A stretch of 37,949 bases of DNA from a virus. Its lineage: Duplodnaviria; Caudoviricetes. A program made the position numbers and the translations under genes. How positions within the stretch are numbered: position 1 is the first letter of the stretch; each line of letters begins with the position of its first letter. Location of the stretch: the IMG/VR virus record IMGVR_UViG_3300049173_000066, positions 1 to 37,949 of that record. One strand, given 5' to 3'. The notes under the pieces are model-generated. The model was not told where the DNA came from, searched no databases, and saw only the letters and a list, made by a program, of their open reading frames with translations. Below are positions 19,168 to 27,318 of this stretch, in pieces.

Positions 19168-19551
19168 CTAGCTGTGGCTGTTGTGGGTGCGGGCGATCTC
19201 GAGGGCCGCGTGCACGCTGGTCGGGATCAGCAGCACCTTCACGCCGTGCCCCTCGTCGCCCTGGGGGACGGTCTTCTGCTTGTCGGCGAGGAGCTGGCAG
19301 CCGATGCAGCGGTGGGTGATGGCGGTGTAGGCGTCCTCGTCGCCGCCCAGTTCCTCGGCCCACTCCTCGGCGCGGGTGCCGCAGTGCGGGCACACGGACC
19401 GTGCGTAGGTGGCGTAGGCGAGGGCTTTGCGCCGGTCGAGGTCGGTCCAGGTGCCGTCGCCGCGGCCGCGGAACTGGGAATGGGGGATGCCCCAGCGGTC
19501 GCACAGCTCCATCTCGGTGCGGAACTTGGGGTCATCGATCAGCCTTTTCCC
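19168..19551 (-). CDS. Tail assembly chaperone, -1 frameshift extension (gpGT-like)
   Basis: Open -1 frame entered at GGGAAAA; WTDLDRRKALAY, CPHC, CIGC. Confidence 0.8.
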   Translation of the reverse strand, partial: GKRLIDDPKFRTEMELCDRWGIPHSQFRGRGDGTWTDLDRRKALAYATYARSVCPHCGTRAEEWAEELGGDEDAYTAITHRCIGCQLLADKQKTVPQGDEGHGVKVLLIPTSVHAALEIARTHNSHS

Positions 19552-20081
19552 AGGTCGGTCCGCTGGGTGTGCTGGACGCCCCAGGCTGCGTTCCACAGGC
19601 CGCGGGCGTCGGCCGCCGACCAGGTATCCAGGCAGTGGCGGGCGTACTCGATGGGCATGCCGTCCAGCGACGCGGCGGAGATCAGGGCCGGGGCAAAGGT
19701 GTCCATCGCGAAGTCCGCGCCGTCGGCCTCTTCCTGCTCGGTGGGCGGGTTCGCGGTCTGCAACGCCTCCACCTGCTTGCGGGGCAGCGCGGTGAACTTC
19801 AGGACGACGGCCTTCTCATCGAACACGGCCTGCGCCTGCGCGAGAGCGGCCCGGGCCCGCTCGGCGCGCTGCTCGAACAGGGCCCGGTGCGGCTCGTCGT
19901 CCTTGGTCAGGCTGCGGACCACCTGCTCGGCCTCGTCGGCTTCGGCTTTGGCGTCGGCCAGCCTGGCGCGCAGGTCGGGGTCGTCGCAGATGGTGAAGCG
20001 GGCGACGGCCGGCTTCAGGTTGTCGAGGCGCTGCTGGAGGTCGTCCCACGCGCTGCTGGCGCTGTTGGTCTTGCTGGTCAT
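19539..20081 (-). CDS. Tail assembly chaperone (gpG-like)
   Basis: Between major tail and tape measure; ends CTG GGA AAA GGC TGA. Confidence 0.85.
   Translation of the reverse strand: MTSKTNSASSAWDDLQQRLDNLKPAVARFTICDDPDLRARLADAKAEADEAEQVVRSLTKDDEPHRALFEQRAERARAALAQAQAVFDEKAVVLKFTALPRKQVEALQTANPPTEQEEADGADFAMDTFAPALISAASLDGMPIEYARHCLDTWSAADARGLWNAAWGVQHTQRTDLGKG
19545..19551 (-). other. Programmed -1 ribosomal frameshift site G GGA AAA
   Basis: X XXY YYZ heptamer in the correct phase just before the chaperone stop. Confidence 0.85.
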
Positions 20082-20175
20082 CGGGGTCTCCGTGGGGAAG
20101 GCCCGGCCGGGCGCTCGGCGCCCTTCCCGTGCACCGGGGCCCGGCCGGGGGCTGGTGGGGTGCGGCGGTCAGCCG

Positions 20176-20643
20176 TCAGGAGGACGGGACGGTCTGGTTG
20201 AAGACCGGGCGGGCCGTGATCGTGAACTGCACAGTGATCTTCGCGGCCTCGTTGTCTGCCGTGTACGCCTTCGAGTTGGACACCACCGTCACGGGGAAGA
20301 CGTCCATGCCCTTCGCGGACGGGGCGTTCCCCTTGGAGAAGATGACGACGAAACCGCTGGTCCCCTTGGCCAGGTCGGTCTCGACGTCGTCCAGCGTGTT
20401 GTCCTCGTAGAACGTCAGCGAGCTGTCGGCTGCGGAGTCGTCGCCACCGATCTTCGACACGAACGTGGACGCCATGTCCGGGGTCTCGATCGGCTGGTTC
20501 TCCAGGCTCCAGCCGTCGATGGCGTTGATCTGCTGGGTGTACTCCGTGCCAGCGGTGATCTCCGCAGAAGTCGGGAGCAGCGCTGTCGATGCGATCGTCG
20601 GCAGAAAGAAAATCTTGGTGGTGCCCTTGCGGTTGAACCTCAT
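20176..20643 (-). CDS. Major tail (tube) protein
   Basis: 155 aa, acidic beta-rich, PTSAEITAG motif; synteny. Confidence 0.85.
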   Translation of the reverse strand: MRFNRKGTTKIFFLPTIASTALLPTSAEITAGTEYTQQINAIDGWSLENQPIETPDMASTFVSKIGGDDSAADSSLTFYEDNTLDDVETDLAKGTSGFVVIFSKGNAPSAKGMDVFPVTVVSNSKAYTADNEAAKITVQFTITARPVFNQTVPSS

Positions 20644-20765
20644 GAGTGGCCCCTCGCGATAGGGGCCAAGCGGGGCCCCTGCTACACGTCGTGTGTGGTC
20701 GTCTCGGCCCGGTGGGGGCTCGTCCGCGAAGGGGCCGCCGCGGTGCGGTCGTACACGCCCGGTGG

Positions 20766-21236
20766 TCAGGCGCTGGTTTCCAGGTGGAACCGGAAACGGA
20801 TCACTGTGGTGATGATGGCATCGGTCTGGTCATTCGTTGCCCCCGCGTCGGCTGCCTCCCGGTGAAAGCACGAGACGCCGGGGATGGTGAGCGGGTTGAC
20901 GTAGCCGGGCGCGCCGTCCGCCGGGCGGGCCATCACGCCGGTCCGGCCCTTGTCAGCCAGCCACTCCGATTGCTCCACCGTGCCGGCGCTGTCGCTGTTG
21001 CCGGGAGCTGGGCCCGACACGAACGTCGCCTGGTATGTGCTGACGGATGCTGTCCCCCGGTCGGCGAGGGTTCCGTCGCTGGAGATGTGGTCGAGCGGGT
21101 AGAGCAGCGTGTACGGCGGTGGGTACGGCTGCCCGGTGCCCGGGTTGATGGGCACCTTGCCGACGCCCACGGGCTTCCCGGTGGCGGAGGCCAGCAGAGT
21201 CTGCACGCCCTTGGTGACCATCTGCCGCTGAATCAT
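20766..21236 (-). CDS. Tail terminator-like protein
   Basis: Synteny; PPYTLLYPL motif. Confidence 0.65.
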   Translation of the reverse strand: MIQRQMVTKGVQTLLASATGKPVGVGKVPINPGTGQPYPPPYTLLYPLDHISSDGTLADRGTASVSTYQATFVSGPAPGNSDSAGTVEQSEWLADKGRTGVMARPADGAPGYVNPLTIPGVSCFHREAADAGATNDQTDAIITTVIRFRFHLETSA

Positions 21237-21631
21237 CCGCCACCTCCGAAGATGCGGTCCAGCGCGTCCCGGAACGCCTGCTGGTACTCGGGCGACAGCT
21301 CGTTCACCGCAGGCTCCACATGCGGCCGGGGGACCTGAAAAAAGTGTCGGCCAATGGAGTCCGTCATGTCGTAGAAGCCGTACTCCAACCGACGCCCCTG
21401 CGGCTCCCTGGTGCCGACCTCAACGCCTCCCCCGTCCGGCACTGGGAACGGCTCCGGCTTCCACGACCCCCGGTAGTCACCACTGATGACGTTCGGGCCC
21501 GGGCGCCCGGAGGCCCGCTCCATGATGAGCGCGCGCAGCAGACGCCCCTGCTGCTGCACCGTGCGGTTCACCTCCGGGCCCACCCGGTCCGCGGCCTGGT
21601 CGAGGCGGTCGCCCAGCTCATCCAGGTCCAT
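21233..21631 (-). CDS. HK97 gp10-like tail completion protein
   Basis: SGDYRGSW, LEYG, PRPHVEPA; ATG 21631 overlaps upstream stop. Confidence 0.8.
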   Translation of the reverse strand: MDLDELGDRLDQAADRVGPEVNRTVQQQGRLLRALIMERASGRPGPNVISGDYRGSWKPEPFPVPDGGGVEVGTREPQGRRLEYGFYDMTDSIGRHFFQVPRPHVEPAVNELSPEYQQAFRDALDRIFGGGG

Positions 21632-22074
21632 CAGGCCGTCTCCCGGGTCTGCTGCACCTGGTCCAGGCCAGTGATCCGCACGACGCTGAGCGTTCCGACC
21701 ACGGACGGGTCCGGCACGCGCCACTGGCGGCCGAGGAGCGACACGTCGCCGCCCGGGTGCACGGCGAGGACGGAGACGAGCACGTCCCGCTCCGCGATCG
21801 GCGCCGAAAGCGGTGTGAGGGCCCGGTATCGGGAGTTCGTCTCGTCAGGCCATGGCAGGTTCGGCACGGGCAGCGCTGATACCCCGCCGGGTGTTCCGGC
21901 GACCTGGACGGCCCCAGGGCCCTCGTACACGGTCTCGGCCTCCGGGTAGACGTACTCGCCGGTGTCCTGGTCGAAGACGGGCTCGCCGGTGCCGGGACGG
22001 GAGAACCGCACGATGTCGAGCAGCACCATGCTCTCGACCAGCCGCGCGATTCCCGAGAGGTCGAGGCCGGCCAT
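21631..22074 (-). CDS. Head-tail joining protein (DUF6093-like)
   Basis: FDQDTGEY...VYEGPGAVQ; coupled start 22074. Confidence 0.72.
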   Translation of the reverse strand: MAGLDLSGIARLVESMVLLDIVRFSRPGTGEPVFDQDTGEYVYPEAETVYEGPGAVQVAGTPGGVSALPVPNLPWPDETNSRYRALTPLSAPIAERDVLVSVLAVHPGGDVSLLGRQWRVPDPSVVGTLSVVRITGLDQVQQTRETA

Positions 22075-22487
22075 CAGGCCGCCCTCCCCTGCGCCCACTC
22101 GATGAGCGTGGCGAGCATCGCCCGGGCGGTCGCGCCGGGCCCGCCGCCGTAATCAGCACGGTTGAGGGCCGCCTGGTCCAGCAGCACCGGGTCGACCTCG
22201 GACAGATACGCCACCACCAGCTCGACCGGGGACTGCTCCACGCCGACCGCGACGCGCGCGAGTCCTTCCCACACGGCCCCGTCCGGCTGCCGGGTGCGCA
22301 GCAGCAGGGTGGGGAGGGAGTCGGTGATGGAGTGGCTGAGCGTGTAGCCGGTGACCTGCCCCGCGGGCAGCGCGACGCCGTCCAGGCGTATCGTGGCGTG
22401 CCCGGGCTGCGCCTCGATACGGACGCCGTACGCCTTCGGCTCACCGGATGCGGCTGCCTTCCCCAGGTCGGTGGGCTGCTCGCTCAC
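22074..22487 (-). CDS. Hypothetical protein
   Basis: 137 aa; start and stop overlap neighbouring genes. Confidence 0.7.
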   Translation of the reverse strand: MSEQPTDLGKAAASGEPKAYGVRIEAQPGHATIRLDGVALPAGQVTGYTLSHSITDSLPTLLLRTRQPDGAVWEGLARVAVGVEQSPVELVVAYLSEVDPVLLDQAALNRADYGGGPGATARAMLATLIEWAQGRAA

Positions 22488-23047
22488 GGGCCTACTTCTT
22501 CCTCTTGCGACCGGTCTTCTTCAGGCTGGGGTACCGCTTGGTCACGACGGCTCGAACCTTCTTCTGCTGCGCCTTCGATCCGTGCTGACTCACCCTGGCC
22601 AACGCGTTCCGGGCCCTGGCCTTGGTGTCCACGGGATACGCCCTCTTCCCGGGCAACGCGAACTTGGACTTCGGAAGCTTCTTCCGCTGCTTGCTGGTCA
22701 GCTTCGCCATCTCTGGCTCCTTCGTCGTCCGTCACAGGGTCGGTCGGGAAGGGGGTTTGGAGGGGCACGGTGCGCTGGAAGGAGACGGCTTCGCGGGTGA
22801 TGAAGTTCAGCTCGCGGGTGCCGTCGGGGTGCTCGTAGTACTGGTGGAACACGATGACGTCGGTCAGCCAGGGCACACCGCCTTGGATCGTGCCGTTAGC
22901 GACAGCCAGCACGTAGATGGGCCGGTCAGCCACGACATGGCAGGGGTCAATGCCGTTGGCCTCCAGCCACGCGTTGATGCGCTGCCGGGTGGCCTCGCGC
23001 GGCACGCCGTTGCCGGGGTGCACGGTCTGCGCGTCCCGCGGCTTCAC
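22484..23047 (-). CDS. Hypothetical protein with acidic C-terminal tail (hosts nested gene)
   Basis: GTG 23047 overlaps TGA of MuF-like gene; TGA 22484 overlaps GTG 22487; globular-looking N-terminal part INAWLEANGIDP. Confidence 0.65.
   Translation of the reverse strand: MKPRDAQTVHPGNGVPREATRQRINAWLEANGIDPCHVVADRPIYVLAVANGTIQGGVPWLTDVIVFHQYYEHPDGTRELNFITREAVSFQRTVPLQTPFPTDPVTDDEGARDGEADQQAAEEASEVQVRVAREEGVSRGHQGQGPERVGQGESARIEGAAEEGSSRRDQAVPQPEEDRSQEEEVGP
22492..22710 (-). CDS. Very basic 72-aa DUF6582-like protein, nested in another frame
   Basis: AAGGAG 7 nt before ATG; LTSKQRKKLPKSKFALPGKRAYPVDTKARARNALARVSQ signature. Confidence 0.75.
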   Translation of the reverse strand: MAKLTSKQRKKLPKSKFALPGKRAYPVDTKARARNALARVSQHGSKAQQKKVRAVVTKRYPSLKKTGRKRKK

Positions 23048-23883
23048 AGGAGGGCTCCGGAGCGGATCTCGGTGCGGCCGATGAGGTCGAGGCGCGGCAG
23101 GAACTCGCGCGCGCAGTGCGGGTGAGCACTGGGGTGAGCGAGAGCGTCCTGCACGGTCCGCAGCGTGCGGTTCGCCCGGTCGGGATCGTTGTGCTCGAGC
23201 CATCCGCAGGCGGCGCCGTCCCGGACCTCCAGCCACTCGCAGCCCAGCTCGTCCAGCGCGGTGCGGGCGGCGCCGCTGTTGGCGGTGGTGACGGCCTGCC
23301 AGGTGATCGCGGCGTGCGCCCACGCGTCGGCGGGGTAGCGGGTGTTGGTGCCGTAGATGACCGCGTCGAGGGGGTGGGCGGCGAGCAGGGCGGCCGGGTC
23401 GAAGCGGGCCGCGGTGTCGCGGGCGGCGGCCTGTACGGCGCGGAGGAACGCCCTCGCGCGGCGCAGGGCTTCTTGGATGCGGGAGGTGAGGTCGGCGTAG
23501 TACTGGGCGGAGGCGGCGGTGATGGCGGCGCGGTGCCGCTGGGTCCAGGTGAAGGTGTCCTGGGGCTGGTCGGCGTGGTCGAGCGTCTGCCAGGCGCCCT
23601 CGCGGTAGATGAGAGGGAGGTCGCTGGTGGCCCAGCGTTCGATGAACGCGGCGGCGGCCCGGTCGAACGCGGCGAGGGAGCGCTGGAAGGTCGCGGTGAT
23701 GCGGCGGATACCGGCGGCGTTCCCGGTGCGGCGGCCGGACCGGATCGAGGAGAGCGCGTTGAGGAGCGCGGTCTGCGCGCCGGCGAGGATGCGCCACACG
23801 GCCTGGAGCCGGGCGGTGGCGTCGGTGATGTAACCGAGGAGTCGGGCTCGGAGGGTTCTTCCGCGCCGAAGGGGGGTGGTCAT
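23044..23883 (-). CDS. Minor capsid / MuF-like head morphogenesis protein
   Basis: C-terminal DGAACGW...AHPHCAREF; ATG 23883 overlaps upstream TGA. Confidence 0.75.
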   Translation of the reverse strand: MTTPLRRGRTLRARLLGYITDATARLQAVWRILAGAQTALLNALSSIRSGRRTGNAAGIRRITATFQRSLAAFDRAAAAFIERWATSDLPLIYREGAWQTLDHADQPQDTFTWTQRHRAAITAASAQYYADLTSRIQEALRRARAFLRAVQAAARDTAARFDPAALLAAHPLDAVIYGTNTRYPADAWAHAAITWQAVTTANSGAARTALDELGCEWLEVRDGAACGWLEHNDPDRANRTLRTVQDALAHPSAHPHCAREFLPRLDLIGRTEIRSGALL

Positions 23884-24221
23884 CGGCGTGGCCGTTCGAT
23901 CAGCTGGATGACGTCGAAGCCAGTGGCGCCGGTGTCGTCGGCTGGCGATGTCGGATCGTCGGGCGCGGGGGGCTGACCGGACTCGAGGAGGGTGATCTGC
24001 CGCTCGATGGCCTTGATGTTCTCGGTGTAGGCGACGGACACGACCGAGCTGACGTTGAGCGAGGCAGGCTGGGCCATAACCATGGCGGCCTTGCGCTCGT
24101 ACAGCACTTCCAGGGCGACCGCCCGCGCGGCGCCGAGGCGGGTGTAGCGCTGGTCGAGGTCGGCGCTGTCGGTGGCGACGCCGAGCTGGGCCAGGAGCCA
24201 TGCGCGGGTTGCTGCGTCCAC
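23880..24221 (-). CDS. Head-to-tail adaptor-like protein
   Basis: GGAGGT SD; 113 aa; synteny after capsid genes. Confidence 0.65.
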   Translation of the reverse strand: MDAATRAWLLAQLGVATDSADLDQRYTRLGAARAVALEVLYERKAAMVMAQPASLNVSSVVSVAYTENIKAIERQITLLESGQPPAPDDPTSPADDTGATGFDVIQLIERPRR

Positions 24222-24282
24222 CAGGTCACCTCCACCCAGTGCAGAGGAAGGCGGGTGTAGCAGTGAAACCGCACAGGTGGGT

Positions 24283-24470
24283 AGCCGCTGCTGCCCTCTT
24301 GACGTCCTTTCCCGCTTGAGGGCGGGATATTTCCTCCCTGGCGTCCGCCTGAGCGATTCGCCTTGAGATGGGTTCCTGGTTCACAGGGTCCTGCCCTCCG
24401 TTACACGGAGGGTCTTACGGCCCCTCCGCAGGCGTTTTGACTCTCCGCCCGTCCGGCGGCGAGTACGATC
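24283..24470 (-). ncRNA. Predicted TnpB omega/reRNA: scaffold ending in TCAA at 24299, guide about 24298-24283
   Basis: Overlaps tnpB 3' end; hairpins 24394-24412 and 24310-24327; IS200/IS605-like right end ...GCGGGAAAGGACGTCAA; 5' boundary approximate. Confidence 0.65.
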
Positions 24471-25555
24471 CGAGCTGCGTTCACATCCCGATCGTGGGTG
24501 GTATGACAGGACCCGCAGGTCCAAGTGCGGACGTTCAGGGGCTTCGGCCCGTCGATGACGAAGCACACCGAGCAGGTCTGCGAGGAAGGTAGCCAGCGGT
24601 CTACACGAGCGAAGGTGCGCCCGTATCGGGCAGCCTTGTACTCCAGCATCGACACGAACTGAGCCCATCCGGCGTCGTGGACAGACTTCGCAAGGCGCGT
24701 GCGGGCGAGCCCCCTCACCTCCAAGTCCTCCACGTACACCGCTTGGTTCTCGCGAATGATCGTCGTGGACAGCTTGTGGTGGTGGTCCCGCCGCGCATCG
24801 GCGACACGAGCATGCATGCGAGCAACGCGTACCGCAGCCTTCTGGCGGTTGGCGGAGCCCTTCTCCTTGCGCGAAAGATCCTGTTGGGCCTTCCGGAGCT
24901 TTCGTTCCACTCGTCGCAGGAACTTCGGCGACCGGATCTTCCGTCCATCGGAGAAGACTGCGAAATGCGTCAACCCCAAGTCGATACCGGTCTCCCTGGG
25001 TGTCTCCGGCAGCGGCTCCCCAGAGTTGACCTGGATAACGAAGGAAGCAAAGTACCGACCGGCCGCGTCCCTGATGATCGTCACCGATGACGGTTGCGAT
25101 GGAAGGGGGCGCGACCATCGCACCTTCACTTCGCCGATCCTGGCCACATACAAGGAGCCGGTTGGGCGAAGCGAAAATCCGTTGCGGGTCAGTCTGATCG
25201 ACTGGCGACTGTCCTTGCGGGATCGGAACCGGGGCGGCTGCACCTTGGAGCCCTTCCTGCGTCCAGCCACGGAGGCGAAGAAGTTCCGGTACGCGTCGTG
25301 AAGATCGGCCAACGCTTGCACCAAGACGACCGACGAGACCTCTGCAAGCCACGCCCTCTCGGGGGTCCGCTTCGCTGCGGTGATGACCCGCTTCTGAAGG
25401 TCCACGTCCTTGACGTACGGCAGGCCCGCCGAGAAGGCGTCTTGTCGAATACGCAGCCCGTCGTTGAATACCGTCCGTGCGCACCCGAAAGCCCGCGCCA
25501 GCGCGATGCGCTGACCAGGCGACGGGTCGAGACGGTAGTTGTACCGAAGCTGCAT
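24401..25555 (-). CDS. tnpB: RNA-guided endonuclease TnpB
   Basis: MQLRYNYRL...FGCARTVFN; RuvC-I GIDLG, RuvC-II VEDL, zinc finger CSVC/CGSC, RuvC-III DRDVNAA all intact. Confidence 0.95.
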   Translation of the reverse strand: MQLRYNYRLDPSPGQRIALARAFGCARTVFNDGLRIRQDAFSAGLPYVKDVDLQKRVITAAKRTPERAWLAEVSSVVLVQALADLHDAYRNFFASVAGRRKGSKVQPPRFRSRKDSRQSIRLTRNGFSLRPTGSLYVARIGEVKVRWSRPLPSQPSSVTIIRDAAGRYFASFVIQVNSGEPLPETPRETGIDLGLTHFAVFSDGRKIRSPKFLRRVERKLRKAQQDLSRKEKGSANRQKAAVRVARMHARVADARRDHHHKLSTTIIRENQAVYVEDLEVRGLARTRLAKSVHDAGWAQFVSMLEYKAARYGRTFARVDRWLPSSQTCSVCFVIDGPKPLNVRTWTCGSCHTTHDRDVNAARIVLAAGRAESQNACGGAVRPSV

Positions 25556-25596
25556 GTACACAGTGTACACCATGGACAGGGTCTACTGTAGGTACA
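25554..25596. promoter_or_regulatory. Divergent leaderless promoters overlapping TGTACA palindromes (Phd/YefM-type operator)
   Basis: TGTACAC-A-GTGTACA palindrome 25555-25569; minus strand TACACT-6nt-ATG(tnpB); plus strand TACTGT-6nt-ATG(phd). Confidence 0.6.
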
Positions 25597-25784
25597 TGAG
25601 TGACACAAAAAGCATGGGCACCCGGGACGCCCGTACGGAACTCGGCCGCCTCGTTGACGAAGCCCACTTCCGAGACCAGCACGTCATCCTGACCAAGAAT
25701 GATGAGCCCCGCGCCGTCCTCGTCCCGTATGCCTGGTGGCAGGACCATCAGACTGGGGAAAGTCCTGCTCCCGGCGCCACGTGA
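25596..25784 (+). CDS. Phd/YefM-family antitoxin-like DNA-binding protein (orphan)
   Basis: MGTRDARTELGRLVDEA...HVILTKNDEPRAVLVP is the Phd N-terminal fold pattern; no toxin gene follows. Confidence 0.82.
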   Translation: MSDTKSMGTRDARTELGRLVDEAHFRDQHVILTKNDEPRAVLVPYAWWQDHQTGESPAPGAT

Positions 25785-25853
25785 AAGCCGCTGCTGTTTG
25801 TTGCGCTGGTTCATCGCAGTGACCTCCCATCGGGTCGGAACGGACTCAGGAAT

Positions 25854-25904
25854 GCGATGTGCAGGTCCGTCTGGCGCCCCTTCCTAGGCGGCCCTGCACA
25901 TCGC
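25854..25904. terminator. Long hairpin between convergent phd-like gene and capsid-operon gene
   Basis: 12-bp perfect outer stem GCGATGTGCAGG / CCTGCACATCGC with imperfect inner extension. Confidence 0.7.
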
Positions 25905-25908
25905 TACG

Positions 25909-26235
25909 TCAGCTGCTGCTGCCCTCTTCAGCGGCTGACCTCCGGCCCCGGGCCGGTCTGGCGGCCGCCGTCTTCTTCGCGGCGGCCGGCTTGGTGCCCT
26001 CGGCGTCAGCGTCGGAAGCCGAGGCGGCGCCAGAGCCTTCGTCCTGGCCGTTTCCCTGCTCTCCGTCGCTTGCCTGGGCCTTCTTCGCGGCGGTCGGCAG
26101 CTTCCCGTCCACCCAGGCGACCGGGTTCGTGACCAGCGCCGCCAGGCGCCGCTCCGGCCTGGTCCCCGGCTCCAGCCGCACGGTCTGCTTCGTCTCCGGG
26201 TCGACGACGTACACGGTGCTCGCGAGCTGGGCCAT
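25909..26235 (-). CDS. Small capsid-adjacent protein with Ala/Lys-rich tail
   Basis: ATG 4 nt after capsid stop; LVTNPVAW motif then low-complexity tail. Confidence 0.78.
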   Translation of the reverse strand: MAQLASTVYVVDPETKQTVRLEPGTRPERRLAALVTNPVAWVDGKLPTAAKKAQASDGEQGNGQDEGSGAASASDADAEGTKPAAAKKTAAARPARGRRSAAEEGSSS

Positions 26236-26238
26236 GGC

Positions 26239-27303
26239 TCACCACACCGTCGCGGCGATGTGGATGTCCGGCACATACATGACCGGCATGGCGGCCGCGT
26301 TGCACTTGGTCCACACCTGCACCGGGTCGTCCTTGTAGCCGCGGGTGACGACGATGCCGGGGGCGTCCTGCCGGGCGATGGCCGGGTTGGCGCCCTGGGA
26401 CATGACCAGGCCCTCCGCCGTCAGGCCGTACTGGGTTTCGGCCCAGGTGTTCGGGTTGGGCGGCAGCAGGAAGAACATGTTCTCCGGCAGGACACGGACG
26501 TCGCTGCCGCTGGGCAGGGGAATGGTGACGTCGTAGTCGGTGATGGGTGGCAGGTTGTAGCGGGCCCGCACCACGTTGACCTCGTTCGGGGCGAGGACGG
26601 CGGTGGGGATCGTGGACGCGGAGTTCACCGCGCCGTAGTAGGCGGCCCGGTAGGAGTCGTTGCCCTGCATGAGCGCCATCGCCTTGTAGGAGGTGAGGGC
26701 GCGGGCGGGGCGCGGGGCTCCGGAGGAGCGCAGGACCTCGATCCAGCGCATCTCGTCGCCGAGGATGTCCGCGGTCGGGTCGGTCCACGCCGTGGCCGCG
26801 GTCGGCATGTTCGCCGCGGGGACCTTGTGATCGGCCTCGACGGTCAGCCCGTTCTCGTTGGAGAGGGAGAACTTGCCGTCCACCAGGAGGTCACCGGCGG
26901 CCAGCTCGAGCCGGTTCTTGATGGACAGGACGTGCGCGGCCAGGTCGTCGTAGATGGCCTGGATGAGCTGTTCGCCGTCGCGACCGTGGGAGACGGCCTC
27001 GAGGATGGTCTCCAGCTCGCCGACGATGTACTTCTGGCTCAGCGGGAGGAGCTTCCCCTCACGCTCGATCTGGGTGATCTCGCGGGTGGCGACCGTCGCC
27101 TTGGCGTCCCACGCGCGGTAGGAGGCGGCGGCGACGCGTCGGCTGGTCGAGCGGATCTTCCAGTTGACCGAGTCAAGGGTCCGCTCGGGGATGACGGTGC
27201 GGGTCAGCTCGTAGTCGGCCGGGGTCTGGATCTCCCGCACGAAGGCGTTGATCTCCGTGGGGGTGATGTCCCGCAGGAGGACTTCAAGCATGTCGTTCGG
27301 CAT
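26239..27303 (-). CDS. Major capsid protein (lambda gpE-like)
   Basis: 354 aa; RLELAAGDLLVDGKF, WTDPTADILGD, DPVQVWTK...AMPV; AGGAG SD. Confidence 0.9.
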   Translation of the reverse strand: MPNDMLEVLLRDITPTEINAFVREIQTPADYELTRTVIPERTLDSVNWKIRSTSRRVAAASYRAWDAKATVATREITQIEREGKLLPLSQKYIVGELETILEAVSHGRDGEQLIQAIYDDLAAHVLSIKNRLELAAGDLLVDGKFSLSNENGLTVEADHKVPAANMPTAATAWTDPTADILGDEMRWIEVLRSSGAPRPARALTSYKAMALMQGNDSYRAAYYGAVNSASTIPTAVLAPNEVNVVRARYNLPPITDYDVTIPLPSGSDVRVLPENMFFLLPPNPNTWAETQYGLTAEGLVMSQGANPAIARQDAPGIVVTRGYKDDPVQVWTKCNAAAMPVMYVPDIHIAATVW

Positions 27304-27318
27304 GTCGGGTTCTCCTGA

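Larger units (their letters stand above)
24299..25784 (-). mobile_element. tnpA-less IS200/IS605-derived cassette (tnpB plus divergent phd-like gene); left end not defined
   Basis: Interrupts the head gene cluster, lower GC, right-end hairpin plus TCAA, no transposase. Confidence 0.65.

Noticed and set aside
24401-25555. Nuclease-dead TnpB repressor (TldR-like)
   Set aside because: All three RuvC acidic residues and the zinc finger are present
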